DNA from: Hyphomicrobiaceae bacterium
Lineage (GTDB): Bacteria; Pseudomonadota; Alphaproteobacteria; Rhizobiales; Hyphomicrobiaceae
Direction: 5' to 3'
NCBI GenBank assembly: GCA_031374735.1
Contig: JANMGQ010000066.1
Location: forward strand, 2,120 to 66,119
Length of the DNA stretch: 64,000 nucleotides
Under the pieces are notes generated by a model. It worked only from the letters and a program-made list of their open reading frames with translations, was not told where the DNA came from and searched no databases. Positions 47,963 through 57,303 of this stretch are shown one piece after another. Position numbers and translations under genes: made by a program. The stretch's first letter is position 1, and every line of letters starts with the position of its first letter.

Positions 47963-49039
47963 TTACTTCGCGACCATCTCCGAGAGGTCGATCGTCTGCC
48001 GCCGCACCACCTCACCATTCATGCTGCGGATCGACAGGGCCACGGTCCCCGCCCACCAGTCGATGTCGATGGTCCCGAAATTGACCGCACCGAACACCGC
48101 CCCGACGCGGTTCTGGCCGTCCTCGCTCGCCGCGCTGAAGAACTGCGTCAGGCCGCTGGAGGTCATCTCGTGGAGCGGATAAGGCGTGCCCTTCGTCTCG
48201 CGATACATGCCGCCGATGTGCCGGTCACCGGAGAGAAACAGCACGCGGCCGGCCTTGGTCGCGCCGATCATGTCGAACAGCTTTTGGCGCTCGCGCGGCA
48301 GGTTGGCCCACTTTTCCCAGCCGTGGCCGTCGGCGAGCACCTGGATCGACGACACCACGAGGCGCAGATCGGCTGGCACCTTCAGTTGCTCATCGAGCCA
48401 TGTCCATTGTGCCGTACCAAGCATCGTCTTGGCGGGATCGTCATCGGGCACCCAGACTTCCTTCCCCTTGGCACGTTGGTCCGTGGGCTTGAGGGGTGAG
48501 CGAAACCAGCGTGTATCGAGCAGGATCACCTGCACCCGCTGGCCCGGTGGCCCGAAGGTGTAGGCATCATAGAGCCCCTCGCGCGTGCGGCGCGGGTCAT
48601 TGGCCGGCAGCTTCCAGAACTCGACAAACTGCCGTTTCGCCTCGCCTTTCAGCGGGAAGTCGGCGCCGCCGTCGTTCTTGGCGTAGTCGTGGTCGTCCCA
48701 TACGGCGAGATGCGGCACCGTCTCGCGCAGGACCTTCATGCCGGGAATGATTGCAGCCTTCGCGTAAGCTGCGGCAATGGCGCCGGGCAGCAGCGCCTCG
48801 TCCGTCACGACCTTGCCGTCTTGGACGTCGGCATAGACGTTGTCACCGCCGAACAGAAACAGCTCCGGCTTGTAGGCGAGCACGGCCTGCCAGATGGGCT
48901 GCTCGATCTCCTGGTACGCGCACGAGCCAAAGGCGATGCGCGTCAGCGTGCGGTTGGCCGGCGGCGCGACCTGAGCGAGGGCCGTCGCGCACCAGCCACA
49001 TAACAGCAATCCGATGGCCCAACAGGCGCGATTGAACAT
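47963..49039 (-). CDS. Alkaline phosphatase D (PhoD) family protein
   Basis: IAFGSCAYQ, FLFGGDNVYAD, VWDDHDY, SGDRH metallophosphatase motifs; signal peptide. Confidence 0.85.
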   Translation of the reverse strand: MFNRACWAIGLLLCGWCATALAQVAPPANRTLTRIAFGSCAYQEIEQPIWQAVLAYKPELFLFGGDNVYADVQDGKVVTDEALLPGAIAAAYAKAAIIPGMKVLRETVPHLAVWDDHDYAKNDGGADFPLKGEAKRQFVEFWKLPANDPRRTREGLYDAYTFGPPGQRVQVILLDTRWFRSPLKPTDQRAKGKEVWVPDDDPAKTMLGTAQWTWLDEQLKVPADLRLVVSSIQVLADGHGWEKWANLPRERQKLFDMIGATKAGRVLFLSGDRHIGGMYRETKGTPYPLHEMTSSGLTQFFSAASEDGQNRVGAVFGAVNFGTIDIDWWAGTVALSIRSMNGEVVRRQTIDLSEMVAK

Positions 49040-49127
49040 GGTGTTCCCTTCCGAACCTTACGTACTTGCATGGAGCATGTGACAGCGAAAAATCGCAAGC
49101 CGCGCCAAAATCGGGACGGAGCGGCGG

Positions 49128-50117
49128 CTAAGCGACCGAGGCCGTCTCCCGCCGCAACTGTGCTTCGCGCCGCGTGATGTAGACGGCCGAGGCAAAAATG
49201 ATGAGCGCGCCGACCCAGGTCCAGCCATCAATGGTCTCACCGAAGGCGAGATAGGCAATGGTGCACATGAAGGGCAGGCGCGAGAACTCGAAGGTCATGA
49301 CGAGCGACGCATCCATGGCCGCAAAACTGCGCGTCAGCGCCATGTGACCGAGCACGCCACTGAGGCCCATGCCGAGCACCAACGGCAGCATCGACAATGA
49401 TGGCCATTGCCACACATACAACGCGGGAATGAGCGACAGCGGCGTCATGAACAGAGTGGTCAGGCACACGATGCGGTTCGAATCGTCTTTGACCGTCAGC
49501 TGCTTCACCATGATGGCGAGACAGCCACCGAGCATGGCCGAGACGAGCGCGTACACTTGGCCCAGTCCGATCTGTGCCGCGCCCGGCCGCAGGATGATCA
49601 ACGCACCCAGGAAGCCGATGAAAAGCGCAGTCCAGCGGCGCGCGCGCACGACTTCGCCAAGCACAGCCATGGCCGCCAAGGTGCCGAATAACGGCGCAAG
49701 GAAACTGATCGCAGTCACCTCGCCAAGCGGAATGAGCGCAATGGCGCAGAACCACGCGGTCATAGAGACGGTCGAGAGCGTGCACCGCAGGCCGTAAAGC
49801 TTGAAATTTTCGGTCGCAAACAGATCGCGGCCACGCCTCACGATCATCGGCGCCAGGAAGCCAAGCGCGCACAGATTGCGCAGGAACGCCACCTCCGTCG
49901 GCGGCAATCCCGCGGCAATGGTCGCGCGCGCGAAACCGGCGAGCCCGGCAAACAGCGCCGTTGCGAGCGTGACCCAGAAGATGCCCATGTACAGGGCGTC
50001 GCCGCGCAGCACCGAGATCTCGGCAGACGTCGGTATGTGCCAGCGCCGCGGGTCTGCGGCGGGCGCGAAGTGTGCGCCCTGGATCTGGGTCAAACCGTTG
50101 TAGCCATCTGTCGGCAT
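49128..50117 (-). CDS. DMT (EamA) family transporter
   Basis: Ten hydrophobic segments in two EamA halves; start choice (ATG at 50117) uncertain, the track ORF extends to 50204. Confidence 0.7.
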   Translation of the reverse strand: MPTDGYNGLTQIQGAHFAPAADPRRWHIPTSAEISVLRGDALYMGIFWVTLATALFAGLAGFARATIAAGLPPTEVAFLRNLCALGFLAPMIVRRGRDLFATENFKLYGLRCTLSTVSMTAWFCAIALIPLGEVTAISFLAPLFGTLAAMAVLGEVVRARRWTALFIGFLGALIILRPGAAQIGLGQVYALVSAMLGGCLAIMVKQLTVKDDSNRIVCLTTLFMTPLSLIPALYVWQWPSLSMLPLVLGMGLSGVLGHMALTRSFAAMDASLVMTFEFSRLPFMCTIAYLAFGETIDGWTWVGALIIFASAVYITRREAQLRRETASVA

Positions 50118-50281
50118 TGCGCCCGCATGCGGTTGAATGAACCGCGTCTCGCTTTGAGTCGCGAGCATCCTGCGCCGTTGCGCACCGCGATACCATCGCC
50201 GCAAGCGAATGGCGGCCGTGCAAAATCGCGCGGCGCCGCTAATCCCAGCGGTCTGAATTCTTGACTGATCAAACCCATCAT

Positions 50282-50429
50282 CGTCATTCCGGAATGCCCG
50301 GCGCGCCTAGGCGCGGCAGGCATATCCGGAATCCTTACCTCTGGCGCGTTGGCACTTGTGCCCTACAGACAGAGGTAAAGATCCCGGAATACGATCACCC
50401 GGGACGCGTGATCGTATTCCGGGATGACG
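50282..50429. repeat. Composite nested palindromic intergenic element, same terminal family (CGTCATTCCGG...CCGGGATGACG)
   Basis: Three consecutive hairpins: TCCGGAATGCC..GGCATATCCGGA, CCTTACCTCTG..CAGAGGTAAAG, CCCGGAATACGATCAC..GTGATCGTATTCCGGG, bracketed by CGTCAT / ATGACG. Confidence 0.65.
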
Positions 50430-50446
50430 CGGCTTGTTTATGTGGG

Positions 50447-50863
50447 TCAGAATTTTTGCGCGCTGGAATTAGCCGGCTTTACCGGCAGGCCGAGCTCAGC
50501 GAACACCGCCTCGGCCTCCTTGATGGCGTGGTTGGCCTTCGGCACACCGCAATAGATGGCCGCTTGCAGGATCACTTCCTGCATATCCTCGACGGTGAGC
50601 CCGTTGTTGAAGCCCGCACGAACATGCAGGCGGAACTCGTCCCAGGCGCCCAGCGCGATCATCATCGACAGCGTCATGCACGAGCGCGTCTTGCGATCGA
50701 GGCCCGGCCGCGTCCAGATTTCGCCCCAGGCATAGCGCGTGATCATATCCTGAAACGGCCCGTTGAAGCCATTCAACTTCGACTTGGCCTTATCGACCCA
50801 GGCATCGCCCAGCACCTCGCGGCGCACTTTCATGCCGGCGTCGTAGCGCTCGCGGTCGGTCAT
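50447..50863 (-). CDS. Carboxymuconolactone decarboxylase family protein (PcaC-like)
   Basis: RYAWGEIWTRPGLDRKTRSCMTLSMMIALG...EVILQAAIYCGVP matches the CMD/PcaC family. Confidence 0.85.
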   Translation of the reverse strand: MTDRERYDAGMKVRREVLGDAWVDKAKSKLNGFNGPFQDMITRYAWGEIWTRPGLDRKTRSCMTLSMMIALGAWDEFRLHVRAGFNNGLTVEDMQEVILQAAIYCGVPKANHAIKEAEAVFAELGLPVKPANSSAQKF

Positions 50864-50873
50864 CTCGGTTCCT

Positions 50874-51029
50874 TCAAGTCGGTTGTGGGCTTGTGGCCCA
50901 GGTCAGCCCATTGCGGCACTCGACCATTTCGCAGGCGGGATCATAGTAGATCGACCAGCCAGCTGGCGAGCACACCGTGCCCTCGCCGCCCATGGCGTGG
51001 ATGGAGATGCGGATGGCGCGGACGGTCAT
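50874..51029 (-). CDS. Small hypothetical protein (51 aa, 3 Cys)
   Basis: MTVRAIRISIHAMGGEGTVCSPAGWSIYYDPACEMVECRNGLTWATSPQPT; G/C-rich third positions; stop lies 10 nt before the pcaC-like start. Confidence 0.4.
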   Translation of the reverse strand: MTVRAIRISIHAMGGEGTVCSPAGWSIYYDPACEMVECRNGLTWATSPQPT

Positions 51030-51361
51030 TGGGCTGGATTTGTCATTAAGCTGGGCGCCGCGCCGCCGTGCTCGGGGCACGCCTCAAGCGACTGTGATGG
51101 TCATACATTAGGGACGACTGTGCCACTGCAACTCTCCTGCGGTCGCTGCGGCTGCACCATGACATGACCCGCCCTGAGCGGGAAGCGCGGCGCTTTTCCA
51201 CGACGCGCGGAATGCCCATCGGCCGGCCCGCATGACATCAATCAGACGCAAAGGGCGATGTTTACCTGACGGACCAAACTGCACTAGAAGCGCGGCCGAC
51301 TGGGTTGTGTCTTGGGGCCGCGCCGGTCCTTCATGTCGGACTTCATCACGTGCAGGCCGCC

Positions 51362-52738
51362 ATGAGTGAAACGCAATCGGCCGAGACAACCGCCGGGTTC
51401 ACCGGCTCTGAAACGGCGCGAGCTGAAGCCGTCACGGCCGCCCTGGTCAAGGAGGACCGCGAGCGCTTGAAGGCGCTCGTCGCGGATCTGCAGGCGCCCG
51501 ATCTTGCCGACCTCATCGTGTTGCTCGAGCCCGCTGAGCGCGCGCAGCTGATCCAGATACTCGGCGCAGACTTTGACTACGATGCGTTGTCCGAACTCGA
51601 CGAGGCCATTCGAGACGAGCTCTCGGAAAGTCTGCCCAACGACGTGATCGCCAGGGCCGTGACGGCGCTCGACACTGACGACGCCGCCTACGTCATGGAA
51701 GGGCTCGAGGACGCTGACAAGAAGGACGTGCTGGCACAGGTGCCACGCGCCGAGCGCGCGGCCGTCGAGCGCAACCTCGACTATCCCGAGCAGACGGCCG
51801 GCCGGCTGATGCAGTCGGACTTCGTCGCCGTGCCGCCCTATTGGTCGGTCGGCCAGGTCATCGACCATATGCGCGAGGCAGACGATCTGCCCGATACGTT
51901 CTCCGACATCTTCGTGGTCGATGCGACGCACCACGTGCTGGGCTCGCTCGACCTGTCACGCCTGCTGCGCACCCAGCGGCACGTCCTCGTCGACAAGCTG
52001 ATGGAAAGCGACGGCAAGCCCGTGCTCGCGACAGCCGATCAGGAGGAGGTCGCGCGCCAGTTCGAGCGCTATGATCTGCGCTCGGCGCCCGTCGTCGATG
52101 CCAACCAGCGGCTTGTCGGTGTGGTCACCGTCGATGACGTGGTCGAGGTGCTGGAGCGGGAGGCCGACGAGGACGTGCGCCGGCTTGCGGGCGTTGGCGA
52201 CGAAAGCATCAACGATACCGTCCAGACCGTCGCGCCCATTCGTTTTGCCTGGCTGTTCGTCAATCTGTTGACGGCCATTTTGGCTTCCGTCGTGATCAAG
52301 CAGTTCGATGCCACGATCGAGCAAATGGTATCGTTGGCCGTGCTGATGCCGATCGTGGCCTCCATGGGCGGCAACGCCGGCACGCAGACGATGACTGTTT
52401 GTGTGCGTGCACTGGCCACGCAGGAGTTGCCGCCAGCCAAGGTGCCGCGCATCGTGTTTCGCGAGGTGGCGATCGGTCTCTTGAACGGCATCGCGTTTGC
52501 GCTGATCATGGCCGTGATCGTCGTCTTCTGGTTCGGGCCAGGCAAACTCGGCCTCGTGATTGGCGCGGCCATGATCATCAATCTGGTGGCTGCTGGCCTC
52601 GCCGGCGTGTTCATCCCGCTGGCGCTGGCGCACTTCCGCTTCGATCCCGCGGTGTCTTCAACCGTGTTCGTCACAACCGTCACGGACGTGGTGGGCTTCT
52701 TCGCGTTTCTTGGCCTAGCGTCGCTGTGGCTGCGCTAG
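51362..52738 (+). CDS. mgtE: Magnesium transporter MgtE
   Basis: N-domain, CBS pair, C-terminal 5-TM domain with GNAGTQ and TD..GF motifs. Confidence 0.9.
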   Translation: MSETQSAETTAGFTGSETARAEAVTAALVKEDRERLKALVADLQAPDLADLIVLLEPAERAQLIQILGADFDYDALSELDEAIRDELSESLPNDVIARAVTALDTDDAAYVMEGLEDADKKDVLAQVPRAERAAVERNLDYPEQTAGRLMQSDFVAVPPYWSVGQVIDHMREADDLPDTFSDIFVVDATHHVLGSLDLSRLLRTQRHVLVDKLMESDGKPVLATADQEEVARQFERYDLRSAPVVDANQRLVGVVTVDDVVEVLEREADEDVRRLAGVGDESINDTVQTVAPIRFAWLFVNLLTAILASVVIKQFDATIEQMVSLAVLMPIVASMGGNAGTQTMTVCVRALATQELPPAKVPRIVFREVAIGLLNGIAFALIMAVIVVFWFGPGKLGLVIGAAMIINLVAAGLAGVFIPLALAHFRFDPAVSSTVFVTTVTDVVGFFAFLGLASLWLR

Positions 52739-52740
52739 GG

Positions 52741-53526
52741 TCAAGGTGCAACGGGCAAGCCAGATTCGTTGAACCGGCCTTTGCGCCGCTCATCTTCAGC
52801 GGCGAGATGCTGCTTATGGGCGTCGCTTGTCTGATAGCTTTGAGCGAACACGCTCCATCCGACGTCGGCGAGCTTGCTGGTGATGTCGTCGGTGAGCGCC
52901 TTTGAGACGCTGGTCGCGTTCGCCGAGGCTGTGTAAGCGCCTATCCACGAGGTGGCCGAGAACAAGGGCAGTCCTGCTTGATCGGCCGTTGCCACGTCCC
53001 AGAGGGCTGGCAGGCGCTCATCTGCCGCCAGCACAAAGGCCAGGATATCGCCGCGGCGCACGGACTCGACAACAGCGGGTACCGCCTCGCACATGACGTC
53101 GACGGCGCCCGATTGCAGCTTATCCAGCGCCTCGGAGGTGTTGGCAGACGAGACGAGGGTGAGTTTTGCCTCAAGCAGATCCTGCACCTGCAGGGCACAG
53201 TCAAGCGAAGCCGACCACGGGCCGGCATGGGCGATGCGCACGGCGCGGCCTTTCGCCTTCATCCAGCTGACAAGTTCGCTGGCGTCCTGGGCTTGCAGTG
53301 TCTTGGCGCCGAGCAGCACCATCGGTGCATGCAGCAATAGACCCGCTGGTGCATGCGGCCCCTCGCCTTTGGCTGCCGCCCGATCAAGGGCGCCGCGGCC
53401 ATCCGAAAGCTTCAAGTCCGGCACCTGGGCCAGAACTGACTCCAGCACCGATGGCACAGGCATCTGTGCCTGCGCAGCGGACAGACCAACGAGCAGAACA
53501 ACAAGCGCGAGGCGGATCTGCAGCAT
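52741..53526 (-). CDS. Periplasmic binding-protein-like protein (short Bug/TctC-like, tentative)
   Basis: Signal peptide MLQIRLALVVLLVGLSAAQA; the C-terminal two-thirds loosely resembles Bug-family binding proteins but lacks their N-terminal lobe. Confidence 0.4.
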   Translation of the reverse strand: MLQIRLALVVLLVGLSAAQAQMPVPSVLESVLAQVPDLKLSDGRGALDRAAAKGEGPHAPAGLLLHAPMVLLGAKTLQAQDASELVSWMKAKGRAVRIAHAGPWSASLDCALQVQDLLEAKLTLVSSANTSEALDKLQSGAVDVMCEAVPAVVESVRRGDILAFVLAADERLPALWDVATADQAGLPLFSATSWIGAYTASANATSVSKALTDDITSKLADVGWSVFAQSYQTSDAHKQHLAAEDERRKGRFNESGLPVAP

Positions 53527-53632
53527 GGTTCAGCGCCTCCTTGGACGAACGAAACGTAACAGTCGCTTACACCTGACAGCAGGTCGACGCTAAGCCGCGA
53601 ACCCCAAGCGATCGTTGAAACACTTGTGCGGC

Positions 53633-54382
53633 TCAATCGGTGCTGATGTTCCAGGTTTTGCGCGCGAAGGCTGGATACGTTGCCGACACCTTACGGGCAA
53701 CCGTGCCGCGCAGCAGCTGCACCTCTTGAGCGTCCAAGCCGGGTGTCACCGGCACCTGAGCCGGTGCATCGTACTCAAAGCCAGTAGCAGCCTTCACATC
53801 CGCGGCAGAGACGCCGGGATGCAGGCTCTGCAACACGAAGCGGGCGCGGCCCTTGTCGAACGAGAACACGCACAGGCTGGTCACCAGACCAAAGGGGCCG
53901 CCAGGGCGATAGACCTCTTTGGGGCTGGTGCCAGGTGCGGAGATGAAGTCAACTTTGTCGACCAGCACGCGCGGTGTGTGCTCTTCGCGAAACAGGATCA
54001 CCCGCGGCACGACGTAGTAGAGGTAGGCTGAGCCGAAGGAGCCCGGGAAACGCTGGGTGGCCCTGGGATAGCTGTCGATGTCGCCGACCCCGACGAGGTT
54101 CACATTCGCGGCGCCGTCGATCTGCCCGCCGGAGAGAAAGAAGGCGTCGATGCGGCCTTGTCCCGCCGCATCGAACAATTCCTTGCCGCCGTCCGTGAAG
54201 GGATTGTTGGCGATCGAGCCGAGGATGGTCACGCGCATGCGCCCCTGCGAGCGCACCTGTGCCAGCAGTGCGGCCGATCCCGGGATCGGTGACTGCGCAC
54301 CACAGGCGACATGGCCGAGCCCATCGAGCATGCGCGAGATGGCCGCGATCATGATTTCAGAGGCGAGCATCGGCGATGACAT
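53633..54382 (-). CDS. CoA-transferase subunit beta (class I, glutaconate/3-oxoacid type)
   Basis: GAQSPIPGSAALLA, FFLSGGQIDGAANVNLV, PGSFGSAY motifs of the beta subunit family. Confidence 0.7.
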   Translation of the reverse strand: MSSPMLASEIMIAAISRMLDGLGHVACGAQSPIPGSAALLAQVRSQGRMRVTILGSIANNPFTDGGKELFDAAGQGRIDAFFLSGGQIDGAANVNLVGVGDIDSYPRATQRFPGSFGSAYLYYVVPRVILFREEHTPRVLVDKVDFISAPGTSPKEVYRPGGPFGLVTSLCVFSFDKGRARFVLQSLHPGVSAADVKAATGFEYDAPAQVPVTPGLDAQEVQLLRGTVARKVSATYPAFARKTWNISTD

Positions 54383-54412
54383 CTGGGTGGCTCCTGTTGC
54401 GCCAACGACGCG

Positions 54413-55279
54413 TCACGCGGCGTTGATAAAGTTACGCAGCACACCAAAGCCGCGCTCGGGCTGATCAGCAACGACGCCGTGACCGCAGTCATCGAACCGT
54501 TCAAACTGTACGAGGCGCTTTGGCAGCGATGCCGCGATCACCTCGCTGAAGGCAACCGGTGTGATCGGATCCTGCTCGCCGGCCATGACAAGCGTCGGGC
54601 ATTGGATGCGCGCAAGGGCTGCCCGAAAATCCAGATGCTCGGACTCACTGCCCGCGCCGGAAAAGTGCATCGCAACGGGATTCTTCGAGATCGCCCGCGT
54701 GAACACGTTCGGGTCGCCTGTGCGTGTGCGGTAGTACGGGAAGCAGCGCTGAATGTAGAGCGCGCGATTTTCCGGCGTCGGCCGCAGCCAGCGGTCTTCG
54801 GCGATGGCGCGGATGTCGCGTCCGCCCATGCGTTCGAACGCGTTGAAGATGGCATCCAGATCAAACTTGGCGGCTGTGCTGATCAATACCATTTTGCTCG
54901 GATGCTCTGGGTGGCGCGTTGCGTAGGACTGGGCGACGAAACCACCAAACGACGTGCCTGATACGATGGGCTTTACGATGCCGAGTGCGTCGCAGAAGGC
55001 TTTAACGTCGTCGCCCCACTGCGCAAGATTCCAGGTGCTGGGACCGCCATCATCGCTGCGCCCGTTGCCGCGGTGGTCGATGTAGACGATCTGCGCGATG
55101 TCGGTCAGCGCGCGCCAGCCTGGATCCACTGCAGTTGGTTTGAAGATGGTGTGGTCGAAGCCCGGCCCGCCGTGCAGCAGCAACAGTGTCGGCTTTTCCC
55201 GCATGCGCGCGCCGTCCGCCACAAGGCCGGAGTTCTCGACGTCGAAGTAGATCCTGACACCGTTGACCTTGACGTGCAT
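54413..55279 (-). CDS. alpha/beta hydrolase (proline iminopeptidase-like)
   Basis: LLLLHGGPG oxyanion motif, GTSFGG nucleophile elbow, CGH C-terminal His. Confidence 0.8.
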   Translation of the reverse strand: MHVKVNGVRIYFDVENSGLVADGARMREKPTLLLLHGGPGFDHTIFKPTAVDPGWRALTDIAQIVYIDHRGNGRSDDGGPSTWNLAQWGDDVKAFCDALGIVKPIVSGTSFGGFVAQSYATRHPEHPSKMVLISTAAKFDLDAIFNAFERMGGRDIRAIAEDRWLRPTPENRALYIQRCFPYYRTRTGDPNVFTRAISKNPVAMHFSGAGSESEHLDFRAALARIQCPTLVMAGEQDPITPVAFSEVIAASLPKRLVQFERFDDCGHGVVADQPERGFGVLRNFINAA

Positions 55280-55283
55280 GGCC

Positions 55284-56558
55284 TCACCTCAGCTTGCGGG
55301 TTGCCAGATGGAGCACGAGACCGAGCGCGATGCCAGCCACGAGATCATAGAAGATCGTGGTCAGGAACGTTCCCGAGACGATCAGTGCGGTTGGCCATGC
55401 ATGCCGCAGCAATCGCAGCACCTCGTCTCGTTCCGCCATGTTCCACGATACGATCGCGAGTACGCCAGCCAGCGCCGCGAGTGGGATGTGCGTTGCGAGG
55501 GGAGCTGCCAGCAGCATGAAGGCCAGCAGATAGACGGCATGCAACATGCCCGAGACAGGGCTCGTCGCGCCCGCGCGAATGTTGGTTGCAGTGCGCGCGA
55601 TGGTGCCGGTTGCGGGCATGCCGCCGAAGCAGGCGACGCTGATGTTGCCAATGCCTTGCGCCACCAACTCGATGTTCGAGCGATGCCGGCGACCACTCAT
55701 GCCGTCGGCGACAACGGCCGAGAGCAGCGATTCAATCGACCCAAGCAGAGCGATGGCGATGGCGTCGGGCAGAACGGTTTGCATGCGTGCCCATGACGTG
55801 TCGGGCCACAGTGGCGCTGGCAGCGATGATGGCACGCCACCGTATCGCGTGCCGATGGTCGCAACGCCTGGGTCAATTGCGGCCGTCATGACCGCGGCGA
55901 GCGCGACTGCTATCAGCATGCCGGGCCACGTCGGCCGCAACCGCCGCAACGCGATGATACCGGCGATGGTGCCGAGCGAGAGACTAACCGCTGCGGGCTT
56001 GATCGTGCCGATGGCCGCCCAGAGGGCACCGAGCTTTGGCAGCAGTGCCGCTGGTTCTTTGCCTATCGTCAGCCCGAGCAGTTCACGGATCTGGCTGGCA
56101 AAGATGATCGCGGCGATGCCCGCGGTGAAACTGACGATCACGGCGTGCGGCACGAGATTGATGAAGCGGCCAAGCCTCAACGCTCCAAGTACAACCATCA
56201 TGACGCCCGCCATCAACGTGGCCAGCAGCAAGCCGTCATAGCCATGGCGCTCGACGACAGCTGCGATGAGGACGATGAAGGCGCCTGCGGGACCGCCGAT
56301 CTGAAAGCGGCTGCCGCTCAGCAGCGAAATCAGGAAGCCGCCGACGATCGCCGTATAGAGCCCGCGCTCCGGGCCAAGGCCTGAGGCAATCGCGATCGCC
56401 ATCGACAAAGGCAACGCCACGATGGCAACGGTCAGGCCAGCAACGGCATCGCGGCGCAGGCGTTCCCCGCTGTAGCCTTCGCGGATCACCGATACGATCT
56501 TCGGCACGAATGGTTCGGGGCCATCGGCAGTCGCGGCCGCCTTCGTGTGACCGCCCAT
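55284..56558 (-). CDS. SulP family anion transporter, membrane domain only (no STAS domain)
   Basis: RRDAVAGLTVAIVALPLSMAIAIASG start and SulP core helices; the ORF ends right after the last helix (LVLHLATRKLR*), 4 nt before the next gene. Confidence 0.8.
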   Translation of the reverse strand: MGGHTKAAATADGPEPFVPKIVSVIREGYSGERLRRDAVAGLTVAIVALPLSMAIAIASGLGPERGLYTAIVGGFLISLLSGSRFQIGGPAGAFIVLIAAVVERHGYDGLLLATLMAGVMMVVLGALRLGRFINLVPHAVIVSFTAGIAAIIFASQIRELLGLTIGKEPAALLPKLGALWAAIGTIKPAAVSLSLGTIAGIIALRRLRPTWPGMLIAVALAAVMTAAIDPGVATIGTRYGGVPSSLPAPLWPDTSWARMQTVLPDAIAIALLGSIESLLSAVVADGMSGRRHRSNIELVAQGIGNISVACFGGMPATGTIARTATNIRAGATSPVSGMLHAVYLLAFMLLAAPLATHIPLAALAGVLAIVSWNMAERDEVLRLLRHAWPTALIVSGTFLTTIFYDLVAGIALGLVLHLATRKLR

Positions 56559-56668
56559 GCTGCCCCCTGTTTTTGACCGTGCCACCAATCGAGACACGGA
56601 TTTCTGCTTTTTTAATACGTTTGCTGCAAGGTCCGGGCAGGCTCATTCTCCCTGGTCCGAGGTTTCCG

Positions 56669-57175
56669 ATGTCTCTTCCGCTCTCGCGCTCGTTGCGGCT
56701 TGCCGCCAAAGTCGCCGGCTTCACGTTGGCCGCCACTGTTGCGTTGTCGGCTCAGCGCGCCGTCGCCGAAGATCTGATCGTCAAGTTCGACCAGTCGCAG
56801 CTCCTCCAGCTGCCGCGGCCCGCGGCTGAAGTGATCATCGGCAACCCCTCTATCGCTGATGTCGCAATCCAGTCCGGCAACCTGCTCGTCGTCACGGGCA
56901 AGTCGTTTGGCATCACCAACATTATCGCCCTTGATGTCGAGCGCAAGGTTATCCAGGACCAACGCATCATCGTGCGCCGCGACGAAGTGCGTGTCGTCAA
57001 CGTCTACAAGTCGACTGATCGCTTCAGCTACAACTGCGTACCGCAGTGCAACCCGACCCTGATGCCGGGCGACAGCGACATCTTCTTCGAGCGCACCCTG
57101 CAGCACTCGCAGAAAAAGAACACCTACTCTGAAGGCGCCGCCGAGCGCGCCTCGGCCGGCGGCCAGGCGAACTGA
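56669..57175 (+). CDS. Pilus-assembly N-terminal (CpaC-N / T2SS-T3SS_pil_N) domain protein, secreted
   Basis: Signal peptide; LQLPRPAAEVIIGNPSIADVAIQSGNLLVVTGKSFGITNIIALD resembles the CpaC N-terminal beta domain. Confidence 0.6.
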   Translation: MSLPLSRSLRLAAKVAGFTLAATVALSAQRAVAEDLIVKFDQSQLLQLPRPAAEVIIGNPSIADVAIQSGNLLVVTGKSFGITNIIALDVERKVIQDQRIIVRRDEVRVVNVYKSTDRFSYNCVPQCNPTLMPGDSDIFFERTLQHSQKKNTYSEGAAERASAGGQAN

Positions 57176-57208
57176 TTGCCACGTTTGAACACACCTGCCG
57201 ATGATTTG

Positions 57209-57241
57209 TGCCGACCTCGCGAGGGGTCGGCATATTTTTTT
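57209..57241 (+). terminator. Rho-independent terminator
   Basis: TGCCGACC-TCGCGAGG-GGTCGGCA followed by TATTTTTTT. Confidence 0.75.
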
Positions 57242-57303
57242 GGTTTTGCATTTGCCCGTGCCGGGGCAGTAGAGGACATGGACCCCCGCACGGAGTGTTG
57301 CCC

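Noticed and set aside
49237-50223. 328-aa minus-strand ORF overlapping the DMT transporter gene in another frame
   Set aside because: The product is Arg/His/Ala-rich and non-hydrophobic, whereas the chosen frame gives ten clean TM helices of an EamA transporter.
51030-51361. Possible Mg2+ (M-box-type) riboswitch upstream of mgtE
   Set aside because: I could not identify conserved M-box helices or motifs by eye, and such leaders are not established for alphaproteobacterial mgtE. This needs an Rfam scan before any claim.
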